From Felis catus (taxonomy: Eukaryota): DNA of 64,000 nucleotides. Both the position numbers and the translations under genes were made by a program. Below, piece by piece: positions 26,313 through 38,489 of this stretch. The notes below the pieces were generated by a model, which made no database searches, was not told the origin of the DNA, and worked only from the letters and a program-made list of their open reading frames with translations. Position 1 is the stretch's first letter. Each line of letters starts with the position of its first letter. Where the stretch lies: assembly GCF_018350175.1 (NCBI RefSeq), contig NC_058368.1:208880001-208944000 (forward strand), read 5' to 3'.

Positions 26313-27989
26313 GAACCTGTTTAAATATTGCCTACTGATTTAACATGACTTTAAATGGATCCTTTATGGATGGGAATGATATTTTAATACGCACACATAT
26401 TCATGTATCCCATATCTGACAAGACATGCACGTTGAAGATTCAATCTACCGAACCAGCAATAATGGCAGCTTCTCTGGCAAGAAAAGTGACCATGGCTGA
26501 CAGAGCTGTCAGGCTGGCAGGCTACTGGCCAGGGTCCAGGCTCCCACGCACGTCCATCCCTGTCTGATGTGTAAGCTAATAGCATTCTGGATCTATATCC
26601 TACCCACTCTCCAGCCAGCTCCTCCCCCCTCTCTCCAGCCACTTCTTTTAACAAGAAACTGTAATTGAATCTGACCATGTGTGGCTGAACAAGAGGCCTC
26701 TGTGATCCTGCTGTGTTTTAAAACTTCCATGGCTATTACATTGCTGGTGCCAGGAACGAAATGCAAATACTCAACCAGTAAAGGTGAAGTGCTCAAAGAC
26801 TCTGTGATCACCACTGGAGAACAAAGGTATGTATATGCCTTGTTCATGTGCAAGCCAGGAGATTTAGGTAATGTCTAATTGTGCTCTTCTGTGATAAAGG
26901 GAAATACAGTAAATCTTCATTTCATCACTGACAGAAGTCAATTGCAGCGAAGAAAAACAACCAGACACACATTCTCAATTACAGTGACCTTTACGAAAAG
27001 ATCCTTTTAAATATTAGCTTCCCTTCGAACGCTTTGCCACTTGGCAGTAAACAGTATACTCTAGCAGGTGAACACAGGAGAAATAGCACTGCAATTCTGG
27101 CTAACGAATCACATGCCACAGACAGTGCCATGAACTTAGTTAGCATGCAATAAATGGAAGGTGACAAAATTGGGTGGAAGGAAGGAGATGGGAGCAAAAC
27201 ACAACAGCAGAAGGGTATATATCAAGAGAGAGCACAGTCCTCTGAAAAGCTCATGAGATTAGGGATAGAGAGAGCTGAAGTGCGGCTCCAGCTACAATCA
27301 CTCTCGACTGCAAGCTCCAGTCTCCTCACATGTAGTGTAAAAGACATGACCTGTTCTCCCCACTTTACAGAGCTAATATTTAAACTAGCACATTATTCAA
27401 CTGTAAATATAACTAAGTCACCTACAATGCAGGAAAGTATCATTTGTTAACGGTCACCAAAAAACAAAAAGAACTTCTGCTTCAATTAATTCTATTTAAA
27501 ACTAAAAATCTGGATGAATGATTTCCCAAGAAAATACTAATTACTGAGCAGACTCAGAAGAGTAGGAAAATCCCAATAGAGTATTTATCATGAGGGGATG
27601 GAAAAGAAAGCGAAAAATTAAGAAATTACTTCTTAACCTCTCCTCCACAAAAGCACCAGGTTTTGACACTTTCACAGGTGAATTTTATCAACTCTTTACA
27701 GAGTAGATAGATTTAATGTATTCAAAACAGTCTGAGAGTATACATAGAAAAAGCATACAAAATTTTTATGAACCCAGTTTGACACGTGACAAAGAACAAA
27801 CCATAACTATGTTAGGGTCATACCAAAGAAACAAGGATAATTCAATATGAGGAAATTCAGTAATATAGTTCATTGTATTTCTTGATCAAAGTATAAAAGT
27901 CATATGATCACTTCCACAGAAATATAATAAACAAATCCAATAAAATTCAGCATCTCTTTCAGATAAACATACCTCTGGTCTTTGTATGG

Positions 27990-28310
27990 TGTTTTCTTTG
28001 CATGGGATGCTCTTCCCTTGGATATCTACACGGCCTACTCCCTCATTTCATTTAAGTCAAAAATCACTTAGCAGAGGTTTTACCCCAATCACCATAGCTA
28101 AAATATAGCACCCTTTTTGCTACATCCTCTTATCTCTATTTTAGTTTTATTCTTTGCACTAACTACCATCTAAAATTTATGGATTTATTTAGTGTCTGTC
28201 TCTGCCTACTTGAATATAAGTTCCATAAAAATCACTGTATCCCCATAACCTAGAACAGTACCTGACATATTACAGGTGTTCAATAAATCTTTGTTGAATA
28301 AATAAATGGA
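27990..28310. mobile_element. L2 3' terminal fragment
   Basis: acctagaacagtacctgacata...ggtgttcaataaatctttgttgaataaataaatg. Confidence 0.75.
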
Positions 28311-28739
28311 AGAGAAAGATATGGATTCATCCTTAATGTCTTACATGTGTGAGTTTTCAAAAGTTACGCTTCATGGAGATGTATCATTAAATTGAACAAT
28401 ATGAAATTGCCAATATTTGACTTTTTTTCACCTACAAAAAGGCCAATTAGGTATTTTAACCTAATAGAGTCACTTCTGTTAAAGTTCAAGAAAAAGATGT
28501 GTGCAACCATGATATTATTTAATATTGTTCTGGCACTATTAGTCAATACATTAGATAACTTAAATTGGGAAACATCTATTCATAATAAAAACTCTCAACC
28601 AAGTAGGGTTAGAGAGAATATACCTCAACATTATAAAGGCCATATATGAAAACCCACAGCTAACATCACACTCAATGATGAAAACTGAGAGCCTTCTAAG
28701 ATCAGGAATAAGACAAGGATGTCTACTCTTGCCACTTTT

Positions 28740-28942
28740 TTTTTTTTTTACGTTTTTTATTTCATTTTTGAGACAGAGAGAGACAGAGCATGAACAGGGG
28801 AGGGGCAGAGAGAGAGGGAGACACAGAATCTGAAACAGGCTCCAGGCTCTGAGCTGTCAGCACAGAGCCCGACACGGGGGCTGTGAGATCATGACCTGAG
28901 CCGAAGTCAGACGTTTAACTGACCAAGCCACCCAGGCACCCC
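28740..28942 (-). mobile_element. CAN-SINE inserted in L1 ORF2
   Basis: 15-bp TSD actcttgccactttt at 28725-28739 and 28944-28958. Confidence 0.95.
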
Positions 28943-29813
28943 CACTCTTGCCACTTTTATCCAACATAATACTAAAGTCCAAGCCACAACAATCAGACAA
29001 GAAAAACAAATGAGGCATCCATGGTGGTAAAGAAGAAGTTAAACCATCACCATTAGCAGATGACATTATACTACACATAAAATATCCTAAAGACTCCACC
29101 AAAAACATATTAGAAGTAATAAATGAATTCAATAAAGTTGCAGTACACAAAATTAATCCCCAGAAGTTGTTAGTGTTTCTATACACAAATAAATAAAGTG
29201 CCAGAAAGAGAAATTAAGAAAATAACACTTACAATTGCACCAAAAAGAATAATATACCTAGAAATAAACTTAACCAAAGAGGTGAAAGAATGTACTCTGA
29301 AAACTATAAAACAATGATGAAAGAAATTGAAGATGACACAAACAAATGGAAAGATATTCCATGCTCATGGATTGGAAGAACAAACATTATTAAAATGTCC
29401 ATATTACCCAAAGCAATCTACAAATACAATGTAATCCCTATTAAAATACCAACAATATTTTCTACAAATCTAGAACAAATAATCTCAAAATTTGTATGGA
29501 ACCACAAAGACCCCGAATATCCAAAGCAATCCTGAGAAAAAAGAACAAAGATAGAGGTATCAGAACACCAGATCTTAAGATATACCACAAAGCTGTAGTA
29601 ATCAAAACACCATGGCACTGGCACAAAAATAGACACATAGTTCAATGGAACAGACTAGAGAGCCCAGAAATAAACCCACACTTCAATGCTCAATTAATCT
29701 ATAGCAAATGAGGCAAGAATACACAGTGGGGAAAAGGCTGTCTTCAATAAATGGTGTTGGAAAAACTGGATAGCTACAGGCAAAAAAATGAAATTGGACC
29801 ACTTTCTTCACAC

Positions 29814-29816
<3 letters not shown>

Positions 29817-29854
<38 letters not shown>
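29817..29854. repeat. (AC)n microsatellite inside L1 ORF2
   Basis: Seen directly. Confidence 0.97.
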
Positions 29855-29856
<2 letters not shown>

Positions 29857-30298
29857 CAAAATGGATTAAAGACCTAAATGTGAGGCCCAAAACCACAAAA
29901 ATCCTAGAAGAGAGCACTGGCAATAATTTCTGTGATATCAGTTGTAACATTTTTCTAGATATGTCTCCTAAGGCAAGAGAACAAAAGCAAAAATAAACAT
30001 GTGGGACTCCATCAAAATAAAATGCATCAAAATAAACAGCAAAGGAAACCATCAACAAAACTAAATGATAACCTACCAAATAGAAGATATTTGCAAATGA
30101 CCTATCCAATAAGGGGTTAATATTCAAAATATATAAAGAGGAGTCATAAATTCAGCAGAAGAAAAGATTCTTTTTACAATGGCATAAAAATGTGAAAGAT
30201 CTATTTAAAGAAAACTTAAAAATACTACTGAGAGGTAAAGAGATGTGACTAAATAGAAAGACATACCCTGCTCTTGGTTTAAAAGAACCAATATTGTA

Positions 30299-30507
30299 GG
30301 GGCGCCTGAGTGGCTCAGTCAGTTGAGCGACCGACTTCAGCTCAGGTCATGATCTCTCAGTCTGTGAGTTCGAGTCCCGCGTCAGGCTCTGTGCTGACAG
30401 CTCAGAGCCTGGAGCCTGCTTCAGATTCTGTGTCTCCCTCTCACTCTGCCCCTCCCCCACTCTTGCTCTCTCTGTCTCAGAAATAAACATTAAAAAAAAT
30501 CTTTAAA
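30299..30507 (+). mobile_element. CAN-SINE
   Basis: 18-bp TSD aaaagaaccaatattgta at 30281-30298 and 30508-30525. Confidence 0.95.
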
Positions 30508-30896
30508 AAAAGAACCAATATTGTAAAACTCTATCTAAGTTAATATATAACTCAATTCCAGTAAAAATATTACCAAGAATTGAGGTGGGGGGAGGTGTTT
30601 CCTAGATAACTTAGAGTAAAGTCATGGATACCTATAAAAATAGAAAATTTTTACTAAGAAGAATAATGAGAAGAATAATGTAGGAAGGCCTACAACAATG
30701 AAAAGTTTGGTACTGCTACTTGAACAGACCAATTAATAGAACAGAAGAGAGAGCCCATAAATTGGCTAAAATTCATATGTAAGTGCAGTGTGTGTAACGA
30801 TGTGATTTCAATTCAATGAGGAAAACTAGATCATCCAACTAAAAAGTGTTACAGCAACTGGCTAACCAAGAGGAAAAAATTAAACTGGAGCTCTGC

Positions 30897-31348
30897 TGTT
30901 GTAGGCTGGAAAAAGAGTCCCTCCCAAAATATCCACCTTAAATCCCTGGGAGCTGTGAATATTACCTTATTTGGAAAAAAAGGTCTTTGCAGATGTGATT
31001 AAGGACTTTAAGATGAGGAGATGGTCCTGGATCATCTTGGGTGGGCCCCAAATGACATCAGAGGTATCCTTGTAAGACAGAAGAGGAAACCAACACAAAG
31101 CACAAGGCATTGCCAAGATGGAGAAGAGACTGGGGCAATGTGGCTACCAGCCCAGCTAGCAGGCAGCCTCCAGAAGCTAGCAGAGGCAGGGAACAAATTT
31201 TCCCCTAGAGCCTCTGTATGGAATGCGGCTCTGGTGACACCTTGATTTCACACTTCCGGCCTGCAGAACCATGAGAGAATTAAGTTCTGTTTTTCAGGCC
31301 ACCAAGTTTGTGGTAATTTGTTACAGTGGCCACAGTATACAAATATAC
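30897..31348 (+). mobile_element. MaLR solo LTR (MLT1C/D-like)
   Basis: tgttgtaggctgg...ctgtgaatattaccttatttgg...ctttgcagatgtgattaag...tttgtggtaatttgttacagtggccacag. Confidence 0.85.
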
Positions 31349-32079
31349 CTTCCTCACTCCCTTCACTAAAATAATTTCAGGTGAACAGAAATTTAACCCT
31401 AAAAAATAATTTAAAAAATGGTGAAATAGAAAGATGGGAGAATCTGAAGAATTACCTTAGATGGGAAGCCTTCCTAACTAAAACAAAACCCAAGAAGGAA
31501 AAAATTCCTAAAGGTGACTACATTAAAATAAATTTGATAGCACACTGCTCCAAATAGGTTTGTGTGTGTTTACACACAAAGCAAATTACTGAGGTATCTC
31601 TATAAATGTTGAACTAATACCGCTGATTATTGGGTGATATTAACAATGTATAATTTATAGGAGGGTGTCAAAGATCTTACTTACTATTGAAGAGAATGAG
31701 ACACTGAGAAGATACCTTTTAGAACCTACTGGATAGTAAGTCCTTGCTAGAACCAAGGCCAGGGAGCTGGCCTTAGAATTTCCAGGTTATTGTTCTAACT
31801 TCTAACAGCTAATTACTTTGATGGAGGATCTAACTTTAATGTTGTATGTAATTTTCATGTCTGAGAGTTTAGGTAATACATGCACATAATGAACAAAACT
31901 TTCCAGCATTGCTAACAGGCAGACTATGGAACTTTGAAGGCCCCTTTCACTTTCACACACACAACCCCATTCCTGTTCCTTTGTTCACTACTTAAAACAT
32001 ACCTACCACCTCCATTTCTTGGCTCTCCTCCCAGAGGGAGTCCAGGTATAGATGAACAGATATGTATATAGATACATCC

Positions 32080-32450
32080 ACTGCTTAAAAACACAGGTAG
32101 ACATCATGTTTTATAAGCTGGTTTCTGTTTTTGCTTGTAGGTTGGTTTTGTACTTAGGAGATTAGGCCACATCCATCCACATATATATCTAGCCCATTCT
32201 TTATACTTTCTTGATATCTTTCATTGTATGGATAGGCTATGCTTTTCTAAAACAATACCCCATTGAAGGACATTTACATTGTTTTCAGTCTTTTGCTTTC
32301 CTACACAATACTGAGCTTAATATCTTTGGACATACATATTTGCCCACTTGTGCAAAACTTCCTGAAATACAATTGCCAAGTCAAAGGGTATTTGCATTTT
32401 AAATTTGTATAGATAGTGCCAAATTTTTCTCCAAATGATGCTCACTATGT
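32080..32450 (-). mobile_element. Old L1ME-like 3' fragment
   Basis: ttgaaggacatttacattgttttcagtcttttgct...ccaagtcaaagggtatttgcattttaaattt is typical antisense L1ME. Confidence 0.65.
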
Positions 32451-32959
32451 TTAGCAAATTTTAAAACATGGCTCTGTTTATTCCTCTCTCCTCAGTTAAT
32501 TTTTTTGTATGTTTCTAAACAAGTTTCTTTAAGTATAAAAAAAACCCTAATAGTAATAGAAAATAATGACCCCATTAAAAACTGAGTGTCAACAGAGGCA
32601 CAATCTACAAGCTTATCTGACTGCCAATGATGCGTTGACATACATTAGCTTACACACATACAAATTCTATACAAAAGGCAGCTAAGTGTGCACTATTTAG
32701 TTGGCCAGCCTTGATATGACCCTCTTAGGTGCTGTAATATTATCCAACTAATGGTTCAGAGATGTTCCATCTGTACTGTCTGGTTATTAGTACACACTGT
32801 GAACCACCACCACTGACATGCCACAGTCTGTTCTGCTACAACATGTACAGCAGCGGATGCAGTGCTCCCCCCCCCCCCCCCCACTCCCAAAGGCCCTCAA
32901 ATCTCTTTAGCATTTTTGTGTGGGGTGCTTTCACTCACAACAGCAGCACCTATCTGTCT

Positions 32960-33354
32960 TTGTCAGAGGGCTATTAGCAGGTTGCTAAAGCCCTGGAAAG
33001 CTGGAAGTACATGGGAATGTCTCCCCCCAACCCCACCTGCAGCCATTAGCAATAACCAATAGATACTGGGGTATAAATACTCCAGTTACCATGCCTCTGA
33101 CCAGGGTCTCCAGGGTTACCCTGTAGAGCGAGCCAAAGTGACCCCCTTGAAACTGTGCTTGATACTCCCTTACTTGGTTTCATTACAGTTCTCCACTCTC
33201 CTCCTGGTTTTCTCTATGGACACTTCCTAATAAATCACCTTTATATGAATCTTTTTCTCAGGTCGGCTTCTAAGAAACCCAAGCTATTGCTTCTTTTGGC
33301 TAAGGTCAAGTGTAGTATCTGTTCTTATCAGTTTAAGAAATCCAAGCTAAAACA
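32960..33354 (+). mobile_element. Ancient ERVL-class solo LTR remnant (LTR16/LTR33-like), interrupted by the U2 copy
   Basis: TATA-like gtataaata, then cacttcctaataaatcac...ctcaggtcggcttctaagaaacccaagctaaaaca, which resembles recalled LTR16/33 3' ends. 5' boundary is approximate. Confidence 0.55.
33286..33336 (+). pseudogene. 3'-truncated U2 snRNA retropseudogene
   Basis: attgcttct-tttggctaaggtcaagtgtagtatctgttcttatcagtttaa matches U2 nt 1 to about 57 (ATCGCTTCTCGGCCTTTTGGCTAAGATCAAGTGTAGTATCTGTTCTTATCAGTTTAA) with a 6-nt deletion and 2 substitutions. TSD aagaaa(c/t)ccaagct at 33272-33285 and 33335-33348. Confidence 0.92.
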
Positions 33355-33529
33355 ATGTGTTTTTTCTTTTATGCAAAGTAGCTCATAATGATTAGCAGAT
33401 AGGGAACTTATATTGCTATAACACGTACACTGATTTGGTTTATAAGTGATTTTTTTTCCAGCACAGTAATGTTTTGAAAAGTGATCAGTGTCCAGCTTTC
33501 TCATAATTTAAAAGAAAACTTTAATATAT

Positions 33530-35202
33530 AAAGACACCAAGAAAAAAACCTGACTATACCTCCAGTAATACAAAAATACATATGGCCAAGTTTATTTAAT
33601 GTAGCTCTGTTAGAAATTGCAAAATACTGGAACACCCTAAATACCCACTCATAGGAGACAGCTGAATAAACTATGTGCCTCCCTACACTGGAGCACTATG
33701 CAGCTGTGGAAAAATGAGAAGGAGCTCTGGGAACCGATGTAGAGTGATCTCCAGGGCATAATCCTAAGTGAAAAATAGCAGAGCCCAAAAGGGTATTTAT
33801 ATTATGCTACCCTTCATGTGAGAAAGGAGAGGGTGTAAGAAAATACTCACAAATCTGTTCGTTTGTGCAAGAGACCTACAGGAAAGATAGGGCAGAAACT
33901 AAAGAGATTAATTACCTGCAGAGGTGGGTGGGGAAGAGACTGAGTGAGGCAGGCTATGGGCAAGAAAAACAAAGATGAACTGTGGCACATCTTGTGGTAT
34001 CAGAAAGTAAGGAAGTGCTCAAAAAAATACAGGGATCTGTCAAAAGAGGACAGGAGTTATTCTGAAGGAGATTCTTTTAGCCAAAGTTGGAACAATTTGA
34101 GCAAAAACCTAAATAATGATAGTACTGAATTTTAACCCATAAAGTATTTTGAAGTCCACACTGATATAAAAAATACTTGAAAAATAAGTAAATGTGGGAG
34201 AAGGGACAATTCTTCCTTTTAGTAGAATTCTAATTAATAAATGTGGAAGAAACAGGGAAATAGAAAATCACCATTAGGCAAACACCACAGTAATAACTAC
34301 TGCAGGCAAATCTACCCACGGATAATAAAATTAGAGAGCCAAAGTTTAAAGAGGGGCAGGATTTTCAGAGCTGTAAAATATCACCCCCAAATAATTTATT
34401 AACTCAAAATAATGACAGTAACTTACAGTGGAGAAACTTGGCAGATATCACCTTAACCAGGTGACCAAGGTCAACCTCACCACCGGTAAGACATACTGAC
34501 ATGACATTCTTGATATGATGAACCCAAAGGGATACAACATCAGCCCTGAATTATGTTTGCCTAAAATACACAGTTTCATTCCAATTGTGTGAAATATCAG
34601 ACAAATCTAAACTGAGAGACAAAATGTACAAAATAACAGACCAGTGTTCACCAGAAGTGCCAAGGTCATGAAAGACAAGAAAGACTGAGAAACCGTAAAG
34701 ACTGGGTGAGACTAGGGGCACCTGGGTGGCTCAGCTGGTTAAGCATCTGACTTTTGAAATCGGCTCGGAGTATGATCTTGCGGTTTATGAGATGGAGCCC
34801 CGCGTCAGGCTCTGGGCTGACAGTGTGGAACCTCCTCGGGATTCTCTCTGTCCCTCCCTCTCTGCCCCTCTATCCAACTCTCTCAAAACAAATAAATAAA
34901 CTTTAGGGAAAAAAAAAGACTGGATGAGACTAGGGAGAAACAACTAAATGTAATATGGTGATATGGGACCCCTGACAGGATCCCTAGAGAGAGAAAGAAT
35001 ATCAGTGGATAAACTGGGGAAAATCAAGTAAGGTCTGTTGCTTCATCAATAACATTGTACCAATATTAATTTTTCTAGCATTGCTAAATAGTTGTACTGT
35101 GGTTATGTAAGGTGGTAACATTAGGGTAAGTTGGGTGAAGAGTGTACATGAGCTCTTCGCAATTTTTCTGTAAGTCTAAAATTGTTTAAAATAAAAAATT
35201 AA
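33530..35202 (+). mobile_element. L1MC-like 3' end with long 3' UTR
   Basis: Degenerate L1 ORF2 terminus, then 3' UTR motifs ending ctgtaagtctaaaattgtttaaaataaaaaatt. Confidence 0.7.
34715..34916 (+). mobile_element. CAN-SINE inserted in L1MC 3' UTR
   Basis: TSD aagactgg(g/a)tgagacta. Confidence 0.93.
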
Positions 35203-35547
35203 GAATCCAAAATTCTACAATACTACCTTTCTTTTGTGTAAATTTATCTGTTTTAGTGGCTTTAAGAAACACTACAAGTTCATCCATGTTGAGCTATTTC
35301 AGGGAATCTGAGCAGGCAGGCTTTACTCTATGTACGTGTTACGTACATAGTTCTGCAAATAAAAGAAGTCCTTAATGACAGACCTACAGACTGCTCCCCT
35401 TCATTTGCTTTTATCTCTCTTCAACTAAGATAATGCATATAGTGATTTTCCTTTTTTCAGTCACAGATAGAATGGGCTTCATACAATGGGTTTCCACTGG
35501 GCTAAAACTCTGATGAAACTGACCTACTTTAAAAATTCACCATTTTA

Positions 35548-35777
35548 GGGGCGTCTGGGTGGCTCAGTTGGCTAAGTGTCTGACTTTGGCTCAGGTCATG
35601 ATCTCACAGTTCATGGGTTCAAGCCCCATGTCAGGCTCTGTGCTGACAGCTTGGAGCCTGGAGCCTGATTCAGATACTGTGTCTTCCTCTCTTTCTGTTC
35701 CTCCCCCACTTGCACTCCGCCTCTCTCTCTCTCAAAAATAAATAAAGATTAATTTTTTTTTTTTTTTTTTTTTTTTT
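35548..35777 (+). mobile_element. CAN-SINE with a T25 tail
   Basis: SINE head and body. TSD accatttta. Confidence 0.93.
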
Positions 35778-35963
35778 ACCATTTTAAGAGTCCTAAGATA
35801 CAAACAAATGCCTAGGTTCAGGACTATGAGTACCTGGCTTATTTTTCATGCTCAAGAATAGAACAAGAAATGGAGAGTTAGAACCTCAAAGCAGCCATTG
35901 TTACATTCTTTCCTATTCATTAAACATAATAATTTTTCTTATTTTAAAGGGTTGTTTTCTTAC

Positions 35964-36126
35964 TTAGAATATGCTGGAGAAACCCAATATGGGTTGTCTT
36001 CGGCTGCTTTAGCATGCCGCAAAATGGCTTCCCGGGGATTGCTGTCATCAGTTTTGTCCAAAGCAATGTTCTTCACAATGTATGATGACAGAGTGCCCCC
36101 ATGGGTTCCAACCCGGCCACCACGAC
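35964..36126 (-). CDS. WDR70: WDR70 penultimate exon (probably exon 17), 163 nt
   Basis: G+GT makes G, then RGGRVGTHGGTLSSYIVKNIALDKTDDSNPREAILRHAKAAEDNPYWVSPAYS(K), visible in ORF 35960..36244. Acceptor tttgaaacag, donor gtaaga. Confidence 0.96.
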
Positions 36127-37329
36127 CTGTTTCAAAGGAAAAAAAACAATCAGATAATGGAATGAGCATGACAGTATATATGTATACCTTGTATACACTG
36201 TACTTATCTGAAAAGGCTGAGAATCCTTCAGTCCTGGCTTCCAAGGTGGCTGGTTACATGAGTAACAGAGTGAGGCCAGAACTTCACATTTACCCGATTT
36301 TTGGCATCCCCTATGGAATCAAGGTTTGGAGCACTCTGGGGCTTCTTCAGACCTTGGTCTGAGGTGCACAGATCTCAAGAATACTTCAGTATCATCCTTT
36401 CAGCTTTCACAACCAAAGTAGGAAATCACCAAACCTTAACTTTCCCATAACATTTTTAAATAGAAAGAGATGTTTTTTTGATGTGTTTTAGCTGTTTAAC
36501 TTACATAGTGATACTAATGCAGCAGGAATTACAAATACTTTGCCATGAATATGCCTTAAAAACATTCCTCAGGCATGAACATTTGAAATTCAATTAATAA
36601 AAATAACCAATATTTGTTAGACACTATTTTAGCCTTAAACAAACACATCTTAGGGCTTGCCATCTTCCAGGTACCTTGTAGGAGAGAAAACAAGTAAGTT
36701 GAATACATTGATTCACATTATTTTATGGTGCTGGAACTGCTCCAGTAGACAGAAAGCTCTGTAAGGGCAGGGATTTGTTAAGATCTGCTAGATCCTTAAC
36801 AGCTAGCCTGGTGCCTGGTACTCAAAAATGTATGACATTTTAGGAAAAATTAAAAAACAAAACAAAAACGCATGAAGAGCCAAACTGTGCTAAAAAATTA
36901 ATTCTATACATCAAAATAAGAGACTAAATAAGGCAGGAAAGAATTCATTGGGAAAGGATTTGTGTGGCTAGTAACTATTACGGTACTTAGAGGAAGGAGA
37001 GATCTCTTCAGGCTGAGGTGGTTGGGGAGGTCTTTGGGAAGAGGTAGATCCAGTTTGCAAAAGCTCAGAAGGCAGAGGTCACTTTGAGTGAGCAGAATGG
37101 CTTAAGTACAAAAGTATAGAAAGAGGACAATTCAATCAATGGGCATTTGCAGGCAGCAACGAACCAACAGTTAGTCGTATCAGAAGATCAGAGTAGGAGA
37201 GAAGTGAGGTGGAATGCTCAGAAGTGAGTTTGAGTACACTAAGGAGAACCTTGATTCTCTGAAAATGCAAATGGAAGTGGGAAGCTTATGAAATTTGGGG
37301 GCAGTAGCAACATGAAAGCCAGAGGAGTT

Positions 37330-37498
37330 GGGGCGCTGGGGTGGCTCAGTTGGTTAAGCACCTGGCTTTGGTTCAGGTCATGATCTCATGGTTTCATGAG
37401 TTCAAGCCCTGCATCAGGCTCTGCGCTGACAGCTCACGCTGTCTCTGTCTCTCTTAAAATAAATAAACTTAAAAAAAATTTTTAAAAAAGAAAAAAAA
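37330..37498 (+). mobile_element. CAN-SINE with an internal deletion
   Basis: Head and tail present, middle shortened. TSD-like aaagccagag. Confidence 0.9.
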
Positions 37499-38372
37499 GA
37501 AAGCCAGAGAAATTGTAAATAAAAGCTGTGTATAAGATGGATGGAGGCAGGGTGGGGAGCAGAGAGAGAGACTGACTTGAGATAAGATGCCTAGTTAGAA
37601 GGGCTTTTCAATAATCCATGTAAGAATACTATTTGGGAACTTTGATTAGAATGGTGGCAGGGAAAATGAAAACAAAAAAAAAGTTTAGAGATGTGAAATG
37701 TTTCCAAAGCTGAAGGTGCAGGCCAAACAGATGTAGGCCCACAGCTGAGGTTCAAGATGAATGAACAAGTTAAAAGCTATATATAGGCTTAGGAGCCTAA
37801 GACAAGGGAAACCACACAAGCGATAGCTAGTAAAATGGGATTCCAGTAGAGGCATGTGTTCATGATAGCCAACGCTGTCTTGCTTTCTTCTGGTACCTAT
37901 TTTCGTAAAAACTCTAAGGACCTTTATTCATCTTGTAGGGGAATGGGCAGCTCCATTATATCAACAAAGAACTCAATGATTGTAACTTTTTGCCTTGTGT
38001 GAAACCTAATCCAGTCTGGATTCTAGTACCCAAATGTTGTATATGAAGCCAATATTGAGAGCAGTGGTTTTATCACCAGGTTCTAGGAGCCCCAAAGTAC
38101 TACCAAGGTCACCTAAAAGAGCTCAAGTTAGACAGCAAGCAGAGAGGGCTCTAGGCTTCCTCTCCATTTTTATCAGTCTTATGCATCAGGATTCTGCATC
38201 AGATCTTTAAACAAAAAGTTGCTAAAAAGAAAATGTCTAAAAACCACCATGTGGTAAAATCTCTCTGAAGACAAAGCAGCATCCAGGCAGAAAGCATCTT
38301 TCCAATTCTATACCAGTGACTCCACCCAGCCCCTCACCCCCCTCTGCAGATCACAGGTTAGACCACAGTCAC

Positions 38373-38489
38373 CTGGGCCCGCTACAGGAGGTTCAGGTTT
38401 ATGAGACTTCAGGGGATCCAGTCTGTCCTTCTCCAGCTGTTTCCTTGTACTCCGTTGGCGGGGCTCACGGAACATAGGCAAGGCATGAG
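38373..38489 (-). CDS. WDR70: WDR70 internal exon (probably exon 16), 117 nt
   Basis: C+CT makes P, then HALPMFREPRQRSTRKQLEKDRLDPLKSHKPEPPVAGP(G). Acceptor cttctcgtag, donor gtgact. Confidence 0.95.

Larger units (their letters stand above)
28574..30139 (+). mobile_element. Carnivore LINE-1 ORF2 internal fragment nested in older L1 remnants
   Basis: ORF2-like peptides ([45 protein letters not shown]). No 3' UTR or poly(A) tail. Confidence 0.9.
27460..31540 (+). mobile_element. Old, highly decayed L1M (L1MC/ME-like) ORF2 remnant interrupted by L2, L1, SINE and MLT insertions
   Basis: A-rich stretches colinear with L1 ORF2 at about 27460-27960, 28320-28560, 30140-30890 and 31350-31540. Confidence 0.6.

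Noticed and set aside
35898..36362. 154-aa plus-strand ORF
   Set aside because: Antisense shadow of the WDR70 penultimate exon.
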